A stretch of 64,000 nucleotides of DNA from a phage. This document shows positions 47,801-56,647 of the stretch, piece after piece; positions within the stretch are counted from its first letter, which is position 1, and each line of letters begins with the position of its first letter. A program made the position numbers and the translations under genes. Under the pieces are notes generated by a model. It was not told the origin of the DNA and ran no database searches. It saw only the letters and a list, made by a program, of their open reading frames with translations. Location of the stretch: assembly GCA_024614665.1 (NCBI GenBank), contig GCA_024614665.1_4861.1; one strand, written 5' to 3'.

Positions 47801-48455
47801 TGGCCGCTTCCTCGGTTTCTACTACAACGTCGTTGTGATCGACGATGGCGTTTTTAGGGAGTTCTTTCGAATTATTAGCCAGAGCTTCAGCCAACAGAAC
47901 CTCGGCTTGTTCCACGGTATGACCGTTATTCAGCGCCTGCTTCACGAACTTCACTTTCGCGTTATACGTGGAGAAGATTTCGATACTGGTGCCCTGAATA
48001 TCCATCGCAAGCATGTTTGTCTGCTGGTCAATCAGGGACAGTTCGGTGTGGTCGACGTGGAACTGGTCTTTGATTTCTTTCCACGTTTTGCTGTTATCGT
48101 TCAGCATGTCAAACACCGGCACAGCCTTAGCATCTGCCTCAACAATCAGTTTACCGAACAGCTCTTTGCCTTGCTGACACATGCCAAGGAAAGCCGCCTG
48201 TGCTTCATCCAGCGCTTTCAACGTAAAGGCTTTCAGCTCTTCGTGCGTAATGGCTTCAGTTACTTCACGCTCCCGATCAATTTTGCCTGACAGGAATTCG
48301 GTACTTTCGATAAACACAGCTTGTTTTTTCAACACAGACTGCATCATAGCCTTGACGAAATCGCGGGCGTCTTTACGTGGGTTATAAGCGGGTTTCTTTT
48401 TGCGACGACTCATCGTAATAATCCTTTTGAAATTAGGGGTTGGGTGTATACACAA
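47793..48455 (-). CDS. hypothetical protein (220 aa), basic N-terminus
   Basis: ORF track. Confidence 0.5.
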   Translation of the reverse strand: MCIHPTPNFKRIITMSRRKKKPAYNPRKDARDFVKAMMQSVLKKQAVFIESTEFLSGKIDREREVTEAITHEELKAFTLKALDEAQAAFLGMCQQGKELFGKLIVEADAKAVPVFDMLNDNSKTWKEIKDQFHVDHTELSLIDQQTNMLAMDIQGTSIEIFSTYNAKVKFVKQALNNGHTVEQAEVLLAEALANNSKELPKNAIVDHNDVVVETEEAANV

Positions 48456-48473
48456 TATACACCCAAAACGTGA

Positions 48474-48857
48474 TTAACTTGCATCGTGTGGAACAGTCAC
48501 CCAATCGTGCCATTTTTCAGAGTAAAGACGATAAGCCATCTTTGGATTCTGATCGACACTACCGGCCGGGTTCTCATTCCACAACACGTACGTATATAAC
48601 TCGTACGACGAAGTGTTACGGATACTTGACGTGCGGGTGACGTAGTACGTCAACCCGCGTTGGTTAAGGAACAGGCCGCTGTAATGTTCAGTGACCATGT
48701 AGTAGTGAAACGCCTGGTTGATAGTGGCGTCGGTACAGAGTTTCTTAGCGACGTCTTCTACGCCGGGATACGCCTTTAGAATGTTTTCGAGAAAACTTGC
48801 TAAAGTCATTCCGATGTAGGGTGGCAGCGGCTCTGCTGGACGCGGCGGAGTGAGCAT
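48474..48857 (-). CDS. hypothetical protein (127 aa)
   Basis: ATG 48857 preceded by AAGGAAATCA; overlaps 3' end of helicase ORF out of frame. Confidence 0.45.
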   Translation of the reverse strand: MLTPPRPAEPLPPYIGMTLASFLENILKAYPGVEDVAKKLCTDATINQAFHYYMVTEHYSGLFLNQRGLTYYVTRTSSIRNTSSYELYTYVLWNENPAGSVDQNPKMAYRLYSEKWHDWVTVPHDAS

Positions 48858-50451
48858 GTGATTTCCTTACAACGTAGGGGGATGTCGCGATACGGAACGA
48901 CAATACGACATCCTTGAGTGATTTCTGGCGGGCATTCAGGTAATTGCAATGCTTCGGTACGTTATACGCATGGAATAACCACACCGTTGGGTCTATTTCA
49001 CCCCATTCGTTGTGGAGAATCTTACGTGGACGACCGGCCATCTGTTCGTTCAGTTGCTGGTCTTCTACCGGGGTTGAAATGTACATGTGTACCAACCCAG
49101 GTTTATCGACCGCAGTCCCCGCTTTCCCCGGTGTGGAGATAGAGAAGTCTGCTTGGATAAAGTCGTCATACGAATCGCCTGCATTATATTTCGCCACCAT
49201 CAACGGATGGAATACAGGGTCACGCGATAACTTATCTTTCACATACTCGGTAAAGAACTCACACATCGCTACCGTAGCAAAGAGTATCAAACATTTTTGG
49301 CCAGGTTGATACCGTTTAAGGAACGATTTCTCAACCACATCCCAGATCATGTTTGCGTATTCTAAATGCATGTTCTCTTTAATCAGCTTCCCTTCGAAGA
49401 GTTTGTGGTTATACGGCGTCATCTTCGATGCCCACCACGCAAACTTCTTATCATCCAGTCGATAGTACAACGCCTTCACGTCAACTACCGGAACGATAGG
49501 GATACTGATACGGCACTCCATTGGGAAACGCTCCATGTACCGTTCGGCGATAAACGCTTTACTGGAGCCAGGAGTTAACGTTGCCGACATTTCAATGCTT
49601 GGCGGCGGGTTAAGCATTACACCTGCCATGTAGACCAGGTGGAAATGCTCATGTACCTCATCCATTCCCAACAACCCGATACCCAGCACGTCGTAAAACG
49701 TATCCAGGTCCACAGGGTTAGTTGCAGCTGTGTTGATATACTCCTTCAAGAAACGTTGTAGCGTCACCGTAGGGAGGATTATCAGCTTAATCCCACGTCT
49801 ATCCAACTCACCCGATTTACCCATCTCCAGGGCCTCGTAGATGGCCTGTACGCCGGTACAAACCAGCACGCCATCGCGAGATTCCCTTAAGCCAGTCGGG
49901 TCATCAGTGGTATCGAATATCCACTTCGGAACATAGGTCGGTCGAATGATAAGACCTGTCCTAACGCCCTTCTTAACAACCACTTTCATGAAGCTCTTAG
50001 ATTTCCCGGCTCCGGTCTGGATGGCAAATATCGTCTGTTGTCGACCTGGGGTCATCGCCGCTTCGCTAACTTCGTTCTGATAATAGAAACGTGAGTTAGG
50101 ATCGGTGACCTCGAGGTCGAATCCGTAATTATCAAACGTGCACTTATAAGGTGTTCCTCGTACAGGATGGTGCTCTGTTAGCTTGTACTGAAAAGCGTAT
50201 TCAATTGCTGCTCGTTGGAGGATATGTTTAATCTTCTCAGCGAACACTTTATGGAAAATGAACGTCCTTAAAGACGGAATGTGAGCGTAGTACGCGTCAC
50301 CGCGTTCCGTAGTTATTCGTCCATGTTGCTTGCCCATCTTTGGGGCGTGCATATTCTCTTCGGCCCACGCGAGTATGGCCCTTTCAGCCTGGCGGATAGG
50401 GACTTCAACCCGTACCCCCATACTCGTGTAAGTCATTTGAATTTCTACCAT
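48745..50451 (-). CDS. SF2 helicase (DExH-box)
   Basis: Walker A QTGAGKS, motif II LLGMDEVHE, motif III SAT, motif VI QMAGRPRK; track ORF extends to 50508 by reading through the upstream terminator, ATG at 50451. Confidence 0.6.
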   Translation of the reverse strand: MVEIQMTYTSMGVRVEVPIRQAERAILAWAEENMHAPKMGKQHGRITTERGDAYYAHIPSLRTFIFHKVFAEKIKHILQRAAIEYAFQYKLTEHHPVRGTPYKCTFDNYGFDLEVTDPNSRFYYQNEVSEAAMTPGRQQTIFAIQTGAGKSKSFMKVVVKKGVRTGLIIRPTYVPKWIFDTTDDPTGLRESRDGVLVCTGVQAIYEALEMGKSGELDRRGIKLIILPTVTLQRFLKEYINTAATNPVDLDTFYDVLGIGLLGMDEVHEHFHLVYMAGVMLNPPPSIEMSATLTPGSSKAFIAERYMERFPMECRISIPIVPVVDVKALYYRLDDKKFAWWASKMTPYNHKLFEGKLIKENMHLEYANMIWDVVEKSFLKRYQPGQKCLILFATVAMCEFFTEYVKDKLSRDPVFHPLMVAKYNAGDSYDDFIQADFSISTPGKAGTAVDKPGLVHMYISTPVEDQQLNEQMAGRPRKILHNEWGEIDPTVWLFHAYNVPKHCNYLNARQKSLKDVVLSFRIATSPYVVRKSHAHSAASSRAAATLHRNDFSKFSRKHSKGVSRRRRRR

Positions 50452-50467
50452 GCTGCCCCTCTTCGCA

Positions 50468-50494
50468 CAAAAAAAGAGGGGCGCAAGGCCCCTC
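50468..50494 (-). terminator. intrinsic terminator / attenuator (minus strand)
   Basis: Plus-strand A-tract then stem gaggggc/gcccctc; follows stop of beta'-like gene and overlaps RBS region of helicase gene. Confidence 0.5.
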
Positions 50495-50497
50495 GGT

Positions 50498-52603
50498 TTA
50501 CAACTCAATTACCACAGCGGCTCCTAGGTCATCGTACAACGATGCCGGGATTTTGTACTCGGTATAAAAACCAACGCGATCGATATTCCCCTGCTGTCCT
50601 TCAAACAACAACATCGGAATTGCCGAGCGCAAACTAATGAGCGTGTTGTGATCGACAAACCGTTTCCCGGTGGCATTAGTAGAATCCTCACTGTCAAATC
50701 CTACTGCCGGGAACGGGTTGGTTGGTGACTCTACACGAGATATCGCCAACATAATCGCAATATGCGTCATCGGTATACCACTCAGCTTACGCTGGATATA
50801 CTTAAACGTGTCCATCAATGCATAAGTACACTGTTTCTCTGTAGCACCACCCATTTCAACCAACGTTACCGGTTTCACACGACCTTGTTTCTTGTTCAGC
50901 TTCACAGTCGAGGCTGTGTTGATGATTTCCACAATGTCTTCGTTCTTATCGGCAGCAATCGAACGGAGCTTGGTTTCTAAGCCGGCTACGAACTCTGCCA
51001 TCGATTCAGAACGGTTGGTGTAGACCAGGACCGGGTGTTTCGGGTTCCATCCTTTTAAGGGGATTTCTACCGTCTTCTTCTCGATACGAATGTTCGCTCG
51101 TTGTTTCAAGAAGTAGTGCAGGAACGGTTTAGAGAAGTTCCCACAAACACCCATTCGCACATCGATAGAATCCGCAGCGATTATCTGCCCATCTTCTAAA
51201 CGACGTTGGAAAGTTAAGTCGGTGATTTCTGGTAATGCCGTTTCATCAATTGCATCGAGATCTTCATGATACGCAATCTGGCTCAGCTCCGAATAAACTT
51301 TGTCGGTAACAACCAACTCGTATTCTGACCAATTCCCACGCTGTGGTTTTGGCAGCAAGCACAACCCTTTCAGAGAGTTATGTTTGTATTCGGTCATATA
51401 CTCACGCATACGTGGGGTGAGTACCAGGTTGAGCAGATAACGCAAGAAGTCAAGGTGCTTGGTAGAGAGAATTCCCTGTGTACCCTTTTCCGAGATGGAC
51501 GTGGATGCCAGGTGACCTGGTGACGTACCTTCAGAGAGGTTATAAATCAAATCCCCCATACAGGTCGCACAGATGGACTGATTCGCCATCTCTTTACAGG
51601 TCATGGCACTACGGAAGACCAGCGGTTTACCAACCAGGTCAGCGTATCCACCTTTCTCAAATCGCAACCACGGACCGTTATCGCCCTCTAAACGATAACG
51701 CATTCCCACCATCGCTTTATAGGCACGCTCATCCAGCTGCGTATCCTTAAACGTGTAGCGGTGTGCGTGTGTTGTACCGCAGTCGTCGTACGTGAAATAC
51801 ATCAGTACGTTTGCTGCCAGCTGCAGTTTACGTGAGGCGTATTCTGCTTCGGCAATCTTGTCAGTGTTGTACAAGTGGGAACGTGAAGTTGCACCGGATT
51901 CTTTCAAACGCGAAATAACCGAATGCATCCCGGTAAAGAAGCCTTCCCACACCTGATTGGTGTATACGCGCGAGTCAATTTCTGACGTTTTACCACGCAC
52001 GAAGGCTTGCAGTACCTGGTTCATCTTCACGGTACCGTCCAGTACCGACATTACGACTGGGTTATACCGCAGCGCAGGGTCTTTGAAGATTTTCTCGATA
52101 AGCTTATACGCTTCTTCAACCATATCCTGACCATCTTCATCGTAGCCAGTAGGATACTGCACTTCCCACTGACGGATGAGTTCGAAGTTCGGGTGGTCGT
52201 AGATCTCCATCATCGTATCAAAGTCGATTGTCGTACAATAGGACAGCAAGTTCTTCACTGTCATGTTGAACGCATCGGCGTAGACATGTTGACTCAGGAT
52301 ATAACGCGTTTCAGCAAGGTCGACACCTGCTTTACGGGCCAGTACCGCTGCTTCCGACATAAAGTCCAGATGCAGGTCATCTGTTGCTACCTGACCTGGA
52401 CGATACGCCATGGTCGATGGAGTGGGCACCTGCGGATACAGACGCGACACACCCCAATACGGCCAGCTGAGTTTGATGTGGCGACTAGACATTTCCAACG
52501 ACTTACCATCGTCGAAAGTCACGTAATAACGCCCGCGTAGTTTCCACACCTGATCAGAGTTAAGCATACGCAAATCACGTACGTGTACAGAACGACCCGC
52601 CAT
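50498..52603 (-). CDS. RNA polymerase beta'-like subunit fragment (C-terminal portion)
   Basis: Segment CATCMGDLIYNLSEGTSPGHLASTSISEKGTQGILSTKH resembles the bacterial beta' region CAHCYGRDL...AAQSIGEPGTQLTMRTFH; immediately follows the beta-like gene. Confidence 0.5.
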   Translation of the reverse strand: MAGRSVHVRDLRMLNSDQVWKLRGRYYVTFDDGKSLEMSSRHIKLSWPYWGVSRLYPQVPTPSTMAYRPGQVATDDLHLDFMSEAAVLARKAGVDLAETRYILSQHVYADAFNMTVKNLLSYCTTIDFDTMMEIYDHPNFELIRQWEVQYPTGYDEDGQDMVEEAYKLIEKIFKDPALRYNPVVMSVLDGTVKMNQVLQAFVRGKTSEIDSRVYTNQVWEGFFTGMHSVISRLKESGATSRSHLYNTDKIAEAEYASRKLQLAANVLMYFTYDDCGTTHAHRYTFKDTQLDERAYKAMVGMRYRLEGDNGPWLRFEKGGYADLVGKPLVFRSAMTCKEMANQSICATCMGDLIYNLSEGTSPGHLASTSISEKGTQGILSTKHLDFLRYLLNLVLTPRMREYMTEYKHNSLKGLCLLPKPQRGNWSEYELVVTDKVYSELSQIAYHEDLDAIDETALPEITDLTFQRRLEDGQIIAADSIDVRMGVCGNFSKPFLHYFLKQRANIRIEKKTVEIPLKGWNPKHPVLVYTNRSESMAEFVAGLETKLRSIAADKNEDIVEIINTASTVKLNKKQGRVKPVTLVEMGGATEKQCTYALMDTFKYIQRKLSGIPMTHIAIMLAISRVESPTNPFPAVGFDSEDSTNATGKRFVDHNTLISLRSAIPMLLFEGQQGNIDRVGFYTEYKIPASLYDDLGAAVVIEL

Positions 52604-54840
52604 TATTTATCCTCCCGAATTGGACGCACTAATTCAAAACCTTCACAGCGATGGATGTTGCGTATCATCCTGTCAATCTGCGAATCACCCATTGGTAGTT
52701 TCTTACGATCGACCAGCACCCCTGGATTGGTTGGTGTTGGCGAGTTATACAGCCCCGTTACGATCGCACGGTGTACCGCAGGGTTATTAGCGCGGTCATG
52801 AGTTTCGGGGAAGTTGCCCGGACCAAAGCCGTCGGTAAGACGCTGCTCGGAAGGACCACCCCACTTCAACCCTTTCAGGTTAATCGGATATGAACCACGT
52901 CCTTGGTTGGATGCATCAATACAACCCAAATAGTTCGTGTACATCGACGAGATACTGGAGAACTCACGACCGGTTTTATCCAGGCGCAGAGTCTCTACCA
53001 TGCCGACGTAGAACTGGTTCTTCGTCCACTCTTTCTCACCCTGATAGTTAGTAATCAGTAGCTTAGACTTGCGTGGTGCATACTCGCCTAGAGCACGGCA
53101 GATTTCTACCTGGGTAGCATTCAATTCGTGGGGAAGCCAGATACGAATCGTGAAGTCGTAAATCTCTTTAAAGAGTTCCAGACGTGACCCAGTATCCGGG
53201 TGACTGGCATTGAGATAGAATGTCCAGCGTGGGTTATAGCGATCGATATAGTCCATCAGGATTTCCCAGGCTTCATCAACCTGGTTGGCGGCAAGTAAAG
53301 GTTTCAACCGCATCTTCAACTGCTCGGATGCAGCAGACCAATACATGTGGAACAGCGCAGCATAAGTCGAACGACGAATTACGGCGTTCATGGAACGAAT
53401 GACATGCACACGTTCTCCGAACTCGTTAATCGGCATTTCTTCATCAGGCCGCACTGCACCCACGATACCTTTTGTACCTGAACGGTCGGTGATTTTCGAT
53501 GAGACGGTAACTGGGATTGGATAACGTACCACGATGCGTATCGTGTAACTACCGATTGGGTCCCAGAGACCACGCTGAACCGGCTGCGCCAGTTTGTTTA
53601 ACACGTTCTTATCAGCAGAACGGTTATACTCGCCTTTGCGCATGGCTTCATCGTATTCACGACCAATCTCTTCACGGAAGTCGTTATAGACTTCATACGT
53701 CTCAGAACAGAACGCCTTGTCAAGAATCTCAAACGCTTTCGGTGACCAGACAATGTTCTTGTCTTTGGACATCGCAAAATAGAACCGTACGATATCATTG
53801 TAAAAACGTTTCAAAGCGTTCGCGTAGTGATCTAACTCGCGTTTGTTCTCTTCGGTACATGCGATATTGTTAACACCACGATCGCATTTGGTTTCGTCCC
53901 GCCATACCTGAATATCAACGACACGTGAACCGGTACGTTCCATCTTTTCAAAGTCGCCAGCCAGTCGCGCTTTGTAATGCTCAGGGTCAGCATCAACATA
54001 CTCACAACGGTCGAAGTGCGGAGAGACATGTTGTGTTTCACCTACGTGCGAGTCAATGGCTGCCCATAGCTTATCGAAACGGCGCGCGGCAATAACCAAC
54101 CCATCATCACGAATTGCCTGTCCTTTATTGGGCAGGTACTGTGGTCGACGAACGCCATCAATACCCGTTGTCCCATACGTGTCAAGCAGGTACTCGTCGT
54201 CACGCAAGGTAAAGTCAATTGCACGTAAACCATAAGCGTGCATCGCTTTCGCTGCAGTTTCGGAGATGGTGTACGAGTCCTCGATAATGTCCGGGTGCGA
54301 CATTGTCACAGTGTGCAGATTGACCCCATCGACAAACTCACCGTCTTTCTGTGCCGGCAGTACGGTAAGCATTTCATCTTTTTCCAGGTGCTGCGTCTGC
54401 CCGCGCAGCAACGCCTGAAGTTTCCCAGTAGCCTCTTTCTTAGACGAGAAAATGTTATCGTGGTTGGTGTAATACTTAATATCGATTACATCAATCATCA
54501 CTTTGCGCTGGTTGGTTAAATCTGCGCGCGTGAAGAAGATAACATGCTGGAGCGGTTCGTGATCCCCTTCACGACCATAGCGTGCAAAAACAGCTGCACG
54601 AGTAACACCTTCTTTGGTTGTGTAACTGCACACAGTACCACTATCTTCCACGATATCGTTAAAACAATAATCGTGGTAGTTCACATCAGCGCCGGTAAAA
54701 TGGATAGTCGGGTCTGGATTGTCCAGTGGTACCGCCGACTTCATATGTCCACCCACCATTGAGGCACGTGCCCCAGATACGCCAGTGATATTCACCTCAC
54801 GGTCAGCAACGCTTGACATGAGTTCGACTGGTGTTTTCAT
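52603..54840 (-). CDS. RNA polymerase beta-like subunit fragment (C-terminal portion)
   Basis: ITDRSGTKGIVGAVRPDEEMPINEFGERVHVIRSMNAV matches the beta catalytic-region signature GRHGNKGV...EDMP...NPLGVPSRMN; upstream HPDIIEDSYTISE resembles NFEDSILVSE; downstream YVGMVETLRLDK resembles VGYMYMLKLNHLVDDK. Confidence 0.7.
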   Translation of the reverse strand: MKTPVELMSSVADREVNITGVSGARASMVGGHMKSAVPLDNPDPTIHFTGADVNYHDYCFNDIVEDSGTVCSYTTKEGVTRAAVFARYGREGDHEPLQHVIFFTRADLTNQRKVMIDVIDIKYYTNHDNIFSSKKEATGKLQALLRGQTQHLEKDEMLTVLPAQKDGEFVDGVNLHTVTMSHPDIIEDSYTISETAAKAMHAYGLRAIDFTLRDDEYLLDTYGTTGIDGVRRPQYLPNKGQAIRDDGLVIAARRFDKLWAAIDSHVGETQHVSPHFDRCEYVDADPEHYKARLAGDFEKMERTGSRVVDIQVWRDETKCDRGVNNIACTEENKRELDHYANALKRFYNDIVRFYFAMSKDKNIVWSPKAFEILDKAFCSETYEVYNDFREEIGREYDEAMRKGEYNRSADKNVLNKLAQPVQRGLWDPIGSYTIRIVVRYPIPVTVSSKITDRSGTKGIVGAVRPDEEMPINEFGERVHVIRSMNAVIRRSTYAALFHMYWSAASEQLKMRLKPLLAANQVDEAWEILMDYIDRYNPRWTFYLNASHPDTGSRLELFKEIYDFTIRIWLPHELNATQVEICRALGEYAPRKSKLLITNYQGEKEWTKNQFYVGMVETLRLDKTGREFSSISSMYTNYLGCIDASNQGRGSYPINLKGLKWGGPSEQRLTDGFGPGNFPETHDRANNPAVHRAIVTGLYNSPTPTNPGVLVDRKKLPMGDSQIDRMIRNIHRCEGFELVRPIREDK

Positions 54841-54870
54841 TCGTAAATGCTCCTTTTGGTTACCTCGGTA

Positions 54871-54885
54871 AGATAATATCTATCT
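54871..54885 (-). promoter_or_regulatory. promoter-like 15-bp element, type A
   Basis: Exact AGATAATATCTATCT 31 nt upstream of the beta-like gene ATG (54840); also 22 nt upstream of divergent plus gene 54907. Confidence 0.5.
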
Positions 54886-54906
54886 GTTTTATTTTAAGGA
54901 GAGACG

Positions 54907-55230
54907 ATGCTAGATAAATTTGCTACCTTATCCGAAATAATACCTTCGCCTGATTCGACCAAGTATAAGGTGTTGCATGACTATACAGACTTCCTTCGCA
55001 AACACCCAGATACTACAGAAGAAGTTGTTGACCCAAAATATGCCTACCCAGAGGTACACAGTTTCTACGCGTACTGTCGTCTCAAACAGTACGATAATAG
55101 TATTATTTATCCGATGATGTTAATGAACGGAATTTCTACTCCGTTTGATTTCACGCCAGAGATAAGAACCTTATTGGTTCCTAGTGTCGGTGTGGTAAGT
55201 AACATCTTATCGACTATCGTAGAATCTTGA
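54907..55230 (+). CDS. hypothetical protein (107 aa)
   Basis: ORF track; AAGGAGAG RBS. Confidence 0.45.
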   Translation: MLDKFATLSEIIPSPDSTKYKVLHDYTDFLRKHPDTTEEVVDPKYAYPEVHSFYAYCRLKQYDNSIIYPMMLMNGISTPFDFTPEIRTLLVPSVGVVSNILSTIVES

Positions 55231-55260
55231 AAAAAAGAAGGGACGCCCAGTCCCTTCTTT
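55229..55260. terminator. bidirectional intrinsic terminator
   Basis: A-tract, stem gaagggac/gtcccttc, short T-tract; between convergent genes. Confidence 0.55.
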
Positions 55261-55267
55261 CTAACGC

Positions 55268-56635
55268 TTAACGTAAATTAGCTGATGAGAATGGTAGGTT
55301 GCCTAAACTGCTGCCACTTCCGCCACCTAAACCACCCAGACCACCTAACACGTCACTGCTCCCTCCTAAGAGGTTGGTGCTACCGCCGCCCAACTGCGTG
55401 CTACCCCCCAAGAGATTATTACTACTTCCCAGCAAACCAGAACCCAGGCCACTTTCTTTCGTCACCGCATTACCACGCAGCGCTTCACCGAGAGACAGTT
55501 CTTTAATTGTCCCTTTCGGTAAATGGCCGTTGTTCTCACGCAGCGCTTCCTGAATCTTCGGTGCTAACGCATTGAAGCTATTAGCCGAAGACGCCTGTTG
55601 CGCTTTCTTCGCACGGAAATAGTTTACCGGATCGTTGAGATCAAGATTTTCCTGCGGAGCTTGTTGAGAAGCTAAAGCAACGACCGGCTTTGTACCGGCA
55701 GGTGTACGCCCGATACGGAAATCCGTTGCGGTGGTGTCTGTTGCCTGATCGTTACGTGGGCCGGTATTATACGGCAGAGTTTGGATAACGTTATCATAAA
55801 CGCTCATGTTATCCAGTTGGCCAATCCATTCTTCTTCTAACGGACGCAGTGGAGTGTGGTCACGCAGACCACGAACCACTTGATTGTAGTTGGTCACGTA
55901 TTGTGCCCAACCGCGTGCCAAAGAACCGAAGTACGGACGCGGATCGTTAGAACCCGTAACCGAAGGATACCAACCAAACACTGCAGTTAGCAGGTTAAAG
56001 ATAATGACCTTATCCTGCTTACGCTGGAGCTTGGCACCGAAGAATGTTGCCGTACCATCCAGTGACTCTTCTTCAAACATGTGTTTGTAGTTCGCCACGC
56101 GGATATACTTGATACCTTCAATGGTCATATCGCTGGAGATGAAGATACTGGTGATCTTTGTCTTTTTATCTTCTTCCAGCAAACCGTAAACGTAGTTCTT
56201 CACCGCTTGCCAGCTCTGAACCAGTTTCTTATCCATCGTCGGATCTTTCAGGTCAGCACAAACCACATCGCTTAAAAACTTCTTGTACGCTGCCAGACGG
56301 ATATTTTTTCCTTCGGCTGCTGTTTCCAAAATCGCATCGATTAGCTCGAAGCTTTTCAGGAAGAGGTTCGCGTTGATGGCTTTCTTCAGGAAGCGAATCG
56401 TTCCAGATTCGCCAGCCAGTACCGATTCACACAGTGGGTGGAACGCATGACATTCACTACCTTCATCGTCTTCCAACCCACGCTTAATCATCGCTGCAGT
56501 TGGAAGCACCAAGCGGCGCTTCACTTTGTTGTAGGTGAACATTGCCGGATGACCATCATCGATAGTCAACATGTCACCTTCGAATCCGTATCCGAGAGAG
56601 GTCAGAAACGAACGGTAGAATTCAATCAATTTCAT
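55268..56635 (-). CDS. hypothetical protein (455 aa) with Gly/Leu/Ser-rich C-terminal tail
   Basis: ORF track; C-terminal about 60 aa of LGG/GGS repeats. Confidence 0.55.
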   Translation of the reverse strand: MKLIEFYRSFLTSLGYGFEGDMLTIDDGHPAMFTYNKVKRRLVLPTAAMIKRGLEDDEGSECHAFHPLCESVLAGESGTIRFLKKAINANLFLKSFELIDAILETAAEGKNIRLAAYKKFLSDVVCADLKDPTMDKKLVQSWQAVKNYVYGLLEEDKKTKITSIFISSDMTIEGIKYIRVANYKHMFEEESLDGTATFFGAKLQRKQDKVIIFNLLTAVFGWYPSVTGSNDPRPYFGSLARGWAQYVTNYNQVVRGLRDHTPLRPLEEEWIGQLDNMSVYDNVIQTLPYNTGPRNDQATDTTATDFRIGRTPAGTKPVVALASQQAPQENLDLNDPVNYFRAKKAQQASSANSFNALAPKIQEALRENNGHLPKGTIKELSLGEALRGNAVTKESGLGSGLLGSSNNLLGGSTQLGGGSTNLLGGSSDVLGGLGGLGGGSGSSLGNLPFSSANLR

Positions 56636-56647
56636 GGTTAATAATCC

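Noticed and set aside
48745-50508. Track start at 50508 for the helicase (N-terminal MSCKPRGLAPLFFCAKRGS)
   Set aside because: This extension reads through the upstream terminator hairpin and likely begins at a non-ATG codon; the ATG at 50451 with an adjacent purine-rich RBS is preferred.
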